Below are positions 25,970-39,915 of a stretch of 64,000 bases of DNA, piece by piece. Source of the stretch: the human T2T-CHM13v2.0 reference genome, Homo sapiens; NCBI RefSeq assembly GCF_009914755.1, contig NC_060932.1; one strand, written 5' to 3'. Positions within the stretch are counted from its first letter, which is position 1. Each line of letters starts with the position of its first letter. Made by a program: the position numbers and the translations under genes. The notes beneath the pieces are model-generated. The model made no database searches. It worked only from the letters and a program-made list of their open reading frames with translations, and had not been told where the DNA came from.

Positions 25970-27825
25970 CTAGCAACAAAATGGACTTTGTAAACCATAC
26001 ACATACGTGCCTTGCATGCAATGAGCAAATGCAGCTATGTCTAATATCTGCAAAATAAAATGTAAATTTAAATGAAATAATATCAACATATGAATCTTGA
26101 ACATGTGCTTTTTTTATACTTCCTATATAATAATTGTTGAATATGAATACATATGTTATATATATAACATAATGTATCTTGCAATCTAAAAAGTCCAATC
26201 ATACATTAATATTCAACAAATAGTTCTTGAAATTCAAGTCAGTAGAGAGCTGCTCTTTGTGCCATGGGGTTTATAAAAAAATAACAATGTAATATAACAC
26301 CTTATTTTTGCCTTTGAACAATTTACTATCATAAGTATGATTCATCTTTTTAATCAAAATGAGAGTCTTGAATGAACAAAGATGCTATGTAGTCTCAATC
26401 TTACTTTATGTAGATCTTAAATTCCATGATCTGGCTATAACTTCTGGTGTGAGATTTTGTTCCTACATTAACATTAATCTCCTTTTCTCTGTCATCTATT
26501 TTCACATCCATTTTTGCTAACAAAAATGCACATATCTAATTTATGTGACATTGAAGTAGGATATTTGAAACATATCAGTTTGAAGCCATGATGTTCACTA
26601 TATTGCTCTTTATGGCTATAATTTCATCTTGAGTGAAGGACACAAGAAATCAGCCTTGTGTAATCAGTAAAATAGAACATTTTACTGTTCTATTTACTGC
26701 CATGACATTCATGAAAGTAACCCTTACAAAATGTATTATTCATTATTCACTTTATAAGAAAATATGAGATACTGTATGCTTCTTTCTAAGCTATAAAAAA
26801 GTGTGCCTTTCTCGTATCATAGGAATACTTGAATTTTATAGACAATGTTTTTTGGGTGTAAACTGGTCAAGTTTCTTTATATGTTTGGCAGCTATACTAT
26901 TTAAAGAGAAGAAGAGCTAGAGAGAACTCGAGTACAGAGACACAGAAAAATGCAGAAACACCATTATTAAAAATAATAACCACCAGAACAGCAAACAAGC
27001 CATCAGAAATGCCAGTACGACATGATGAGGTATTCATTTTCAAACACAGTTTTATAAAGTTTAGAAAGAAGGAGGCTTATTTAATTTATGTGGAAATAGT
27101 TCATCTGAGGAAAGGTGATGCATGTGCTAGCTAGGATAAAGGAGGGGGGAAAGATTAGTTTTCATGATTAACAGTTAAATTGACACAACAGTTTAATGAA
27201 TTAAAAAAGTTGATGTTTGTTCCTACAAGTGGTCACAAGCAGTTAAAGAAAAGAAAAAGGTAAGCAAGTGGAATAGATGGCAAAGAAACAGTCAGAAGGT
27301 GAAGAAGGAGTATAATAATATAGATATAACATCATTTAATTATATTCATATTTTTAAACATTTATCTCAATGAGATAATAGTTCTTTCTATACTCTGTCA
27401 CAAGTCAGTGACAGATATTTAAATTTGAGGTGTAGATTTTAATTCTACTGGGAGGAATTATTTGAAATCAGACTGACCTCAATGATATGGTTCTTGCAAA
27501 CCTTGATGTTTATGTCTAATGATATTGGCATATCTGTTAGTTTTTTTAGTATTTAAAGATGATGATATTTACACTATGGGTAGTCAAATTGACTTATAAT
27601 CAGGTGTTTTGCACTGTGAATTACTTATTAAAACTCAACTACAAAGTCAGATGATTTTAATACATTTGAACTCCCATGTTAAAAATAAAAAGGTACCCCA
27701 GTTGGTTGTGTTAGTGCCTTTCTTTATTTTCTAAGTAGCTGTACAAAATGTCACTTGCCTTTCATAATATTTTCTTCTATATTTAAAATTGTCCCCAATG
27801 AGTTTTGTCCAGTCAATATTTTGCC

Positions 27826-27868
<43 letters not shown>

Positions 27869-27912
27869 TATACACATACTGGTATTTATATATATATATG
27901 TACACACATACG

Positions 27913-27966
<54 letters not shown>

Positions 27967-28060
27967 CCTCCAGTAATTCCAGATAAGATATATATACATA
28001 TGTATATCTTACATATATATACACACATGCAGATAATATAAGATATATATTTATATCTTA
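27826..28060. repeat. Compound (TA)n(CA)n(CG)5(CA)19 microsatellite
   Basis: Direct reading; source of the HTHTH/CVCV ORFs. Confidence 0.95.
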
Positions 28061-28549
28061 TTTGGAATTATTGATAATGTGACATATAAAGCCAGAGAAC
28101 TAACTGGTTTGTTCTAGATTAAATTAACTAACTGTAGAACCTGTGCTCTACCTTGACTGCTACCAAGTATTGTAGACACGGACACATAAGCAATTCAAAT
28201 GGCAAACTATGCAAGTGGAGAAGAAATTACGGCTTTAAAATATCTGTATCATTGCCTATACAGACAGGGTAATTGTGATTTTCAAAAAATGCCGACAATG
28301 TTTCCAGAGTCTTGTATTACATACTTTATTCTTCAGTCTATGTTGTATGATTATTAATTGGAAATTCCTTGGGAACCTAATAGATTGATTCACATTTTGC
28401 AGATTTTCTATAAATATCAATAAATATATGAGCACAATCTTTCCTTAAAGATTATATTACAATTCAAAGACTTAATTGCAACTTAATTACAATGAAATAA
28501 AGGTTAAACTATTAAAATGTGTTCAGAGGGCATTATTATAAAACATTAC

Positions 28550-28674
28550 CTTTACACACAGGCCTGTGATCACTCCAAGCAGCAAAAACTTCAGCTATCC
28601 GTTGACAGGTGATGCTCTTTGCGCCCTGTAGGACATAATCTTCATCACAAGAGAACTGCACAGTTGATCCAAGG
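28550..28674 (-). CDS. CSMD3: CSMD3 coding exon (probably exon 10), 125 nt, phase 2-1: LGSTVQFSCDEDYVLQGAKSITCQRIAEVFAAWSDHRPVCK, rest of Sushi 2
   Basis: Minus strand reads tttaactttag|CCTTGGATCA...TGTAAAG|gtaatg. AG+C gives Ser across the junction. The Sushi C..G..Y...G...C...W...P.C pattern is present. Overlaps ORF 28536..28721. Confidence 0.97.
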
Positions 28675-29144
28675 CTAAAGTTAAATAAAAGAGAAAAAAT
28701 ATGATAAGAAAGATGCAACATAATAACTAGGCTTCACTTCTGCTGGCAATATCCAATAGGTCAAATATGTACTATAGTGACAAAAAGTATTTTGGAAAAC
28801 AAAATGTGAAAGTATGACTTGTAGAAATGTAAAGCTATCATCAAATTTAATCATCTTGTTAATAGATGTAGAACGAAGGTCAAATAATTCACTAAGTTTA
28901 CCATGCTAAGTAGATGGTAAATGTGAATCAAAATGTGGCTATTCTGACTTGAATTCCAGTACAGTGCTTGTGTTCATACCATATTACGGTGTTTTTCTGG
29001 CATGTATTTACATGTGTATGTTTGCAGATGTGTCTCTACATGTGTATGCATTTACACATGCATTTGTGTCTATAAACATGCATTTAATGTATTTAGAGAT
29101 GCAAAATTGTACTGATTGATTTTCATAAGGTGTTTTTTTCTAAA

Positions 29145-29650
29145 AATATTTTAAATTTTTGTGGGTATATAGTGGGTGTATATATTTATGGGGTACCTAA
29201 GATGTTTTCATGAAGTCATGCAATACGAAATAATCAGGGAGAATGAGGTATTTATCCCCCTCATGAATTTATCCTTTGTGTTACAAAAAATACCATTACA
29301 TTCTTTTGGTTATTTTGAACTATATGATTAAGTTATTATTGACTATAGCTATCTTGTTATGCTATCAAATAGTAGGTCTTTTTCATTCTTTCTATTTCTT
29401 TTTTTACCCATTAACCATACCCCTCTCCCTCCTAGCCGCCCCCACATCCCCCACTAACCTTCCCAGCCTCTGGTAACCATTATTCTAATCTCTATATCCA
29501 TGTTTAATTGTTTTGATTTTTAGATCCCTCAGATAAGTGAGAACATGTGATATTTGTCTTTCTGTGCCTGGCTCAATTCGCATAACAATCTCCAGTTCCA
29601 CCCACGTTGTTGCAAATGACAGGGCTCCATACATTTTATGGCTAAATAGT
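29145..29650 (-). mobile_element. L1MA (L1MA2-4-like) 3' end
   Basis: tttttgtgggtatatagtgggtgtatatatttatggggtac...ttcccagcctctggtaacc...ataagtgagaacatg. Confidence 0.85.
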
Positions 29651-29809
29651 CCCTTAACATGGCATAAAAAGTCCTACATGTCATCTCTCACTCATTGTGA
29701 CACCTGATCAACATCTCTAGAAGTTAATCCGTATAACCAAAGAGAGATTATATTTACAGTCTTCTTAGACCTCGTCATGACTCCAAGTTTTATTTAGACT
29801 ACTCTTAGA

Positions 29810-30640
29810 GCTTGAGCAACCTTAAAAGTTTACATAACGGTCAATTATCTGCCTTTTCCTTCTTTCTCATCTCAATAAACGAAAACTCCATTCTTCAAGT
29901 TGCTAAGGCCAAAAACCTTACAGTTATTCTTAACTCATCTTTCTGTCTTGCATTTCACAAGCACTCCATCAGGAAAATCCTGTCAGCAACACATTAGAAA
30001 TCCAGAATCTAACATTTTTCAGCCCTACAGTGTTAATAGGAATCTGAGCCACAATTTCTCATTCATATGATTGCAATAGTCCTTCTTGCTATGTTGTTAG
30101 TTTTTCCTCTTTCTGTTCTTGCCTCCCTGCAATCTGTTCTTAAATAGTATCCAGAGCAAACTTTTCAAAGGTTAGTTCAAATTATATCACTTTTGTACTT
30201 TCAAATTTCCCATCCCTGTTTCACTCAGAATAAAGGATCACCTGTTTCACTCATACTAAAGAGATTGCCCTTAAAATTGCCGATGTGATTTGGTCTCTGC
30301 TAATTTGCAGGATTAATTTCCTATGCTTTCTCCTTCCATGTCTGTTCTTTAGATTTATCGACTTCCTTGCTCTGGCTTGAAGATATTAAGCATGTGCCTC
30401 CCTCAGGGTCTTTACACTTGCTGTTATATCAATCTGGAAAACCATTTCTTCAGAAGTCCTGTATCTCCCATTCTCAATTGTTCTGGTTTCTCCTCGCATG
30501 ATATTTTATCCATAAGGCCCTCCCTTACTGCTCTGTGTAAAACAGCTACGCCTATTCCATTATCTTCTTCCATGTTATTTCCTATATACTATCTAATACA
30601 CTGTTTATTTGTCTCCCTGCTTCCACTAAGAAAACCTCAA
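29810..30640 (+). mobile_element. Old LINE-2 fragment
   Basis: ccattcttcaagttgctaaggccaaaaacctt..., cctcagggtctttacacttgctgtt. Confidence 0.6.
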
Positions 30641-32235
30641 GTCTCTTATCTATTTTGTTTCCCAACATGTCAAACATTTCCAAAAGTATTGTAAGTTTAT
30701 GTATAGATTTTAAACAGTGATTAAAGCTATCTTTTGCAGATTTATTGGTTGCTATCATATAAGACTGTCTAATGCACTCAGATATGTCCTTATCCCTATA
30801 ACTGGAAAAATATTCTTTGTCAGGATACTCTCTCAAGGTTAATTAAATTTTTATAATCCATGGCACCCACTATTTCCCATTGCCTGCTGCATTTGCTGTG
30901 TTCAAGAAAGAGCAAGAAAAATACTAATGTGATTGGAGCACAGAAAATAAAGAGAGGGGTATGTGAAATTAAGTCAAGGAAGCAATTAGGGGTTGTGGTT
31001 AGATTGGTTACAACTTTCTAGGCCATGATAAGGATTTTGACCCTCATTCTGAGAGAATTGGGCAGTTGTTACAGGGGTTTAAGACAAGTGAATACTATGC
31101 TTTAAAATGAACTCATTGGTTTCTGAGTGAAGGATACAATTTAAGCGGCCAAAGATAGAAGCAAAGAGTTTAGTTAACAAGCTGTCACGGAAATCCGAGT
31201 TTTCATGGAGATGTTATGATGGCAACAAGTATTAGAAAAGTAGTAGCTACAAGCTAATGATGGTAAAAACTTTAGGGGATGGAGGAAGAAGGCCCAGTAT
31301 AGGGCCTGGCCCATAGGATTCATTTAATTACTATTTTCTCACTAACATAATAAATTAATGATCTATCATGGTTACCATATTTGTCACAGATGATTATGAT
31401 ATTCTAGTTCTAACCAGGCTCTTCTTGCTAAAAGTAATAAATGACATCTTGTTTAAGTGATAGGAGTTTGAGCATGTTTCTTTTGATTATAGAAAATTAA
31501 TTCACTTAGCGTGGAGACAGGAAATTGATAATAATAATAATTATAATTATTATAAAATAATAAATAACTGTTTTGCTACTATACTAAAGATTACCAGTAA
31601 TGGTCTCTGAAGCTTCTATACTTATTTTTCCCCTACAGATTAGCCATCTCAACATGTTCTTCTCCCCTTAATACACTGGGAAAAGTAGTTTAGAGTAGTG
31701 GTGAACAGTTTAAGCTACAGAATCACAGGTATCTCCTTTCAAATACTAACTTTGCCCTAAACTTCAGCTTTCTCGTCTGTTGTGATAAAGTAATGAAATA
31801 TTATTTATAAACTACACAGTGTCTATCACATATCAAGCACTCAGTTATTTCCCTCAGTTAGATTAAAATGAAGTCCTCATAGTCTAGGGGTTCTTGTCTT
31901 TTAAAGTCATTTTGAGTATCTCTGTATTCCTCCATTTGTCCCAACTTTAAAATTTCATGTCATAATTATATTTAAGTTCTGGTGGGGGAAATTTATTTTT
32001 GTCCATTTATAAAGTTTATATTCTCACATCCCATATCTCCCTAACATGAACCTTATGTTCCAAATACCATTAACAGTAATTTACTTTTTCTCATACCTTT
32101 GGTCTTTCTACAATGTCTACTCTGCCAGGAATTCTCATTTTCCTCATTTAGCTTAATCATTATTAAGATTTGATTTTAATTTTAGGTTACACATGAAGCT
32201 CTTATTAATTTATCCATTAAGAATTAAATATTTTC

Positions 32236-32487
<252 letters not shown>

Positions 32488-33163
32488 TTAAATATTTTCA
32501 TCTCTTTGTGCATTGCTTTCCCATACCTCAGTAGAACAATTGCTACAATGATTTAGGGGCTTAAGTTAAGATGGAGCAGTAAGAGAGAGAAATAGTGTAA
32601 AGATAAAGAAGGTAGGAAGAAAGGAGCCTTCTCACCTAGATGAGAGGACCATTTTCTACCTTACTATTTTATCTTAAGTTAGCTTATAAGATGCCATCTA
32701 AATGCATCATATATGACATTTTGGCCACATGGCCCATGGATGTCCTCTGATTTAGATTTTCTAGGTCTGCTCCTGTTTATGCTGCAGGAGGAGAGGGAAT
32801 GGGATATTTTAAAATGCAGATTTAGAATCCAAACTGCCAAGATGGCAAATATTTCTAATTACTCATTTGTATTGTATAAGCCATTAATTTCTTCCCCACT
32901 AATGAAGAAAAGCATCTATATTGGGCATTTGCAAACATCTCCATCCAGGATCACAGCTACACTTCAACATATTCTAGACCAAAAATATAAAAGTGCAAAA
33001 CAACACAGAGAGGACAGAAGTCAATGAAATAAGTAGCCTTTCCAGTAAAATCCAGGCTCAATCATCAGGAAATGGATATCTTAAACAAATGCACTGTGCT
33101 TTCACTGTATTAACTGTTTTAATATTTGAGTCAAACTTAAGAAAAACTTACACTCATTAAATA

Positions 33164-33210
33164 TGTGTGTGTGTGTGTGTGTGTGAGCGTGTGTGTGTTT
33201 GTGTGTGTGT
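33164..33210. repeat. Interrupted (TG)n microsatellite
   Basis: Direct reading. Confidence 0.9.
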
Positions 33211-35393
33211 ATGCATTCCTAGGAAAGTATTCAGTTACCATGAAATGACAAGGAGGACAAGCTGTATCCACTGAAATTCATCTGTCACCACAGAAGAGAT
33301 GTCTGCCCTACCCAGCCAAATAAAACTTTCCACTTTAATAAGTTATTCATTCTGATACAACATTTCAAAACAAATGGCTGAGCACATTTTTAATTTGAAA
33401 GTACCAAGTCATAAGGCAAATGATATATAATGATATTGTTTGAAAAACTAGAGTTGACCTTCTCATGATTATGCTGGTCAATGTTTAAGTGCTGTCATCT
33501 TTTTAAAAATGATACTTATTTTGCAAAAACACCCTATAATATCAAAGCTGTCAGTAAGAGAAGATATGAGGTTTTTCAAAATACACAAATTTTACCTGTG
33601 TTGGCCCAAGATAGTGAATCTATAATTTTATTTACAATCAAATAGACAGGATATGAACAAATACAGAAATATGGAAGGACAGATAATAGTGCTTGGGTCA
33701 TAGAAGAGGATCTAAAAAAAAAGCAGAGGAGGAATGAATCTTGACAGCATTACATCAAGAGTAAATTTGTCTGCACTTTTGTTGTTATTATTTTTTGGTC
33801 TATTTAAAAAGGTCTAGACAATTTCCTGACAGATGCAGAAATTTAACCCTAAGTAGCAGATGCATATTTTTCAAAATTATCACTGTACAAATAGAAATTG
33901 TCCAGGCATGACAGATGATCTAAAAATTAAAGTATCTGCAAACCATTTCTGTAGCAAAAAAATCAAAACACTAAACGTCAAGAAAATAACTATTACCAAA
34001 ATGACCACAATAATGCTGATTTAATATCTTTAAAAGTCTAATTATTCTCTAAATGTCTTTAAACTAGCAATTTCAAAAATGAGTAATTGCACATTAGAAT
34101 ATCTAAGGTTATTTTACAATATGAGATTTTCTGTTTTAAAATTGTACAAGTACGTATTGCAGAAATTTTGAAAATTAAGATTAGCAAAAAAAAAGTGAAA
34201 ACCACTTAAGCTCTACACTGTTAAAGGTACTTTTGAGTCTAATTCCAAAATTCTAGTTCTTCTCAAATTTGAATTATTTCTTTCTTATTTCCTTCTTGTA
34301 AAATTGGAGCAAGTGAAGCTCCTTACAGAGGGGTCATTCCTCCAACTAGTTTGGGATTCAATCCACCCCGCCTTGTCATTACTTGTACTATTAATTATTC
34401 CTTCTTTCTCTTGAATATTCAACTCTCATTTTAAGCTGGTAGTAAAAGTGATGGTATTAATCTGTTTATTTGTAAGTCATAAAAATTAAATGTTAATAAA
34501 CTCTATCCAAAGGGATGATAAATTACTTTACTTTCAAAATATTTTGTTTCTGACTCTAAGTTACATTGATAAGCTTTGTTAGATATTACAAAGTATTTCA
34601 TCTCATACCAAAACTTTTCTTCAAAACATAATGAATACCATGTTTTTTTATACCTATTGCCTATTTCCTTGACCTTATAAAATTAATGTCATTCTTTTGC
34701 AGAAATAATGTCATCCAAACCAAGACTATGTCCGATACAAAGAGAATTCAATTCAGCATTCACACACTTTCATATTTCTTTACACTGTTGGTTATAATCA
34801 GTCTGGATATTGTTACTGGGTATCTTGCTTTGTGGAATGCTTAAGGTCACTCACTACCTCATTCAATATTTATGCCAACTACTGCCCTATTTAATAACCC
34901 CAAGCTTGGTCATTTGTGTACAATTTCAAGTATACTAGAAAGATAATAATGCTACCTGTCTTTGCCCCTCCAATACTCAGCTTCAGATAAATTCTATCAC
35001 TAGGAGTACATCCTTCTTCTTGTAGATTTACTTCCTCTACTTATATACTTCTATGAAACATAAAACAGTATACTCAAAAATAGTGTAATTCCAAAAGAAG
35101 CAATATTCTGGAAAAAGGAAAAATCCCAAAAGAAATACATTGTTCAGAGAGAAACGCAAAAGCCCTAGGCAAGTGCATTAGTTAATATAGATTTTCATAT
35201 GACAACAGCTAGTTAAATAGCTAACCAAGCTAAAAGCAAATGTCACAGAAAAAGTTATAATTTCAAACCTTCAAGAGAAAGCATACTGATTATTATCATA
35301 GAGTCCTTTTCGTTAACCTCCAAAATTAACTGTGGTGAACTCCTCAGAATCCTCAAAAATCCTTGCTATAATACCCAATAAGATTTCAAGATT

Positions 35394-36323
<930 letters not shown>

Positions 36324-38280
36324 AAGATTTCAAGATTTTAAATTTAGTACAACTATTAAAAATGTGAGAGCTGAAGATTTTATTTTTATTTTGATAATTC
36401 TTTTTATGGAGACTAAGAGATAAATACTTGTCACTATATGATGTTTTTATTCTGCTTTGCTTTATCTCTTATATATAACACTCAATAGGTCAGATTTTGT
36501 GTCTTAATTAAACAATTTTTAATAGATCTTCAATTCTACATAAGCACAATATTTTTATATAACAAGTGAAGTATGGTACAGATCCATAACTGTGTTATAA
36601 AGTAAGAAAAGGCACATAGTAGGATAATGATATACTTTGATAGATAAAAGGCAATAAAATAAAGTGCTTTTGAAGGTTACTAGTAGAATGCGTTAGAAAG
36701 TAACATGAAAATGTTCAGAAAAATTACAATATACATACACTTAAGTGGCAAAATATAATCTAATTAAAAGCTTAAATAATTTTTTTTCTGTGACAGAAAT
36801 GTTTTTAAGACATGAGTTAAAATCATTTGAATATAATAAAGCTTTCAAATAGTATTAAATGAAGATCTATGTTTGGGATCATTTTTGTTGGTATGATCAT
36901 AGGAAAGAAAGTGGTTAAGATTATAAAGTAGAACTTGGTTATACAATCCCTTCAAATAAAAAAGTAAAATAAAATTAGTGTGAGAGCTAATAAATGAAAT
37001 AATTTAATGCTATATTGTTTAGGTTGGTAAGCTTCCTAATGATTTCCACAACATGCTATTTTGAAGTTCACATGTAGGCATATTCATACAATACGCCTCT
37101 TTAAGCCATAAGGCAAGGTTAACATCTCATTCTTGTGACATTAACTTTAACTGTTCCCATTGCTATATCACTCCCTGTGTTCTCATCCCTATACTACTAT
37201 CAGACAGCAATAAACTAAATAATGTAATGAAGATAAACCTATTTGTATCTAATTTTTCCAGGCTTATATTATATTAAACTTTGATCTCTTAATAGTGGCA
37301 ACACATTAATTGTATTTTAAAAAGCCCCAGAAGACTGTGGCTCTATATTTAAGAACAGCTGTCAGAGAGAAATAAACCAGTTGAAGTAGAGGTTTAAATA
37401 GTTAAAGTCAAATCCACCTCAGAGTAGGGAAACATTATAGAGGCATAGATGAACTGAGCTTTGTGATGCACAATGTTATAAATTATCCAAAATGATCAAG
37501 TTTATTTTTAATCCTAATATAAATTATTAAAAGAATATTAAAAATTTATATTTGAATAGAGCATTCTAGTTTACAAAGTACTTTCCTCTATAAAATCCCA
37601 TTTGATCTACTCTTGACGTTTTTACCAGTTAATGTCATAGAAATTTGCAAGAGTAACCCACAAGGCACTTTGTGAATGATATTTAAAGTGCAAAGACCGA
37701 TGTGCATAGCAACTACCTCATTGTCTGTGAACTGTTCAATCTTTTATACACTGGAAGGACCAGTTAGATTAAACACTGACTACCTATGTTTAATATTTAC
37801 CCCTTGAATCCTATATGGAGGTGCTGACAAGGAATAATAAATTATTGCATATGTCAGTAATGTAAATTTAGAATATTAAGTTGCTATTGCCATATTAAGC
37901 CTATAATATAAAATCAACTTTTCCACATTCAATTTATCAGTATTATAGTCCACTGAGAAAAATTTTGAGTAGAATAAATTAGGTTACCTTTAGATGAGTT
38001 ACAGCTGTCATATTCCATGAATCAATTAGCTTTTTATTAAAATAAATCTGCCAAAGCAAACATACCTTAAATACTTCATCATTTTTTTTATGTTGCTATG
38101 CCTCTTTCATGAATAAAATGTGAACTTAGAAGGTGGGGTACTTTGTTTTTAAATCATTTTCATTTAACATAATGACTATGCTATAAAGCACTTCCTCTAA
38201 TCATAAAGATTAAACTATCCTGATTTAAACAACTTTGGAATTAATGTCTCTTCTTGCATTAGAAATGCCTTTCCAACACT

Positions 38281-39915
38281 CTCTTCAATAAATGGTGCTG
38301 GGAAAACTGGATATCCATTACAGAGGAATGAAACTAGACCTTTATTTCTCACCATATAAAAAATCAACTCAAAATGGATTAAAGACTTAAATGTAAAATC
38401 CGAAACTATAAAACTACTAAAAAAAAAAAAACTTAGGGAAAATGTTCTAGGGAACTTGTCTAGGAAAAGATTGTATGGTTAAAACTTCAAAATCACAGGC
38501 AACAAAAAGAAAAATAGACAAATGGGACTACAGTAAACCAGAAAGCTTTCACACAGCAAAGGAAAAATCAACAAAGTAAAAAGACAACCTGTTGAATAGA
38601 AGAAAATATTTACAAATTACTCCTCTGACAAGGGAGTAATATTCTGAATTTAAAAGGAAATCAAACAACTCAATAGCAATAATATAAATAATCCCATAAA
38701 AGTGGACAAAGGGTCTGAACTGACATTTCTTAAAGGAAGACATACAAATGGCAAACACGTATATGAAAAATGTTCAACATCACTAATCATCAGAGAAATG
38801 CAAATCAAAACCACAATCAGATATCATCTTACCACAGTTAGAAGGGCTATTACCATAAAGACCTAAAGTAACAAATGCTGGTGAGGATGCGGAGGAAAGG
38901 TAACTCTTACACACTGTTGGTGGAGATGTAAATTAGTACAGTCATTATGGGGGGCAGTATGAAGAGTTCTCAAAAAACTAAAAGTAGAACTACCATAAGA
39001 ACCAGCAATCCCACCACTGGGTATTCATCCAAAGGAAAGGAAATCAGTCCTTTGGAATATCTGCATTCCCATGTTTATTGCAACACTATTCACAATAGCT
39101 GAGATATGAAATCAATCTAAGTGTCTATCAGCAGATGAATGGACAAATGTAGTGTGTATACACAATGGAATACTATTCAATCACAAAATGAATGAAATCC
39201 TATCATATGCAGCAACATGGACGGAACTTCAGATCACATTATTAAGTAAAATAAACCAGGCGCAGAAAGACAAAATATCACAAATTTTTATGCATATGTG
39301 CAAGCTAAAAATGTTCATCTCATAGACATAGAAAGTAGAAAGATAGTATTTTTAGTAGAGATGGGGTTTCACCATGTTAGCCAGGGTGGTCTCAGTCTCC
39401 TGACCTCATGATCCGCCTGCCTTGGCCTCCCAAAGTGCTGGGATTGCAGGCTACTTGGGAGGCTGAGGCAGAAGAATGGCATGAACCCAGAAGGCGGAGC
39501 TCGCAGTGAGGCGAGATTGTGCCACTGCACTCCAGCCTGGGAGACAGAGCGAGAAAAAAAAAAGAAAAAAGAAAAATAGTTACCAGAGGCTGGGAAGGGT
39601 GTGCAGTGTGTGTGTGCGTGGGAGGGGGTACAAAGAGAGGTTGGTTAATGGATACCTACAGTTAGATAGAAGGAATAATTTCAGTATTTGATAGCACAGT
39701 AGGGTGACTATAGTTAACAAGATATTGTATATTTGCATTTCAAAATAGCTATAAAAGAAGATTTTAAATGTTTCTAAGAGAAAGAAATGGTAAATGTTCA
39801 AGGTGATGGCTATCCAAAATACCCTGATTTGATCATTACACATTCTATGCATGTATCAAAATATCATGTGTTCCCCATAAACATGTACAAATATTACACA
39901 TCAATAAAATATATA
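38281..39915 (+). mobile_element. L1MA-type 3' 1.4 kb (ORF2 end + 3'UTR), interrupted by Alu
   Basis: ctcttcaataaatggtgctgggaaaactgg...aaataccctgatttgatcattacacatt...tcaataaaa. Confidence 0.9.
39346..39569 (+). mobile_element. AluY-like insertion with inverted left arm (minus 39346-39451, plus 39450-39569)
   Basis: An antisense left monomer is joined at GC to a sense right monomer and A-tail. TSD agaaagatagt/agaaaaatagt at 39337 and 39570. Confidence 0.88.

Noticed and set aside
27731-28041. Five overlapping HTHTH/CVCV ORFs
   Set aside because: Dinucleotide repeat artefacts, not metal-binding proteins.
29000-29085. Cluster of catg/catgca motifs upstream of exon 10
   Set aside because: Lies in decayed TG/TA low-complexity sequence where such hexamers arise by chance; the exon is frame-asymmetric and presumably constitutive.
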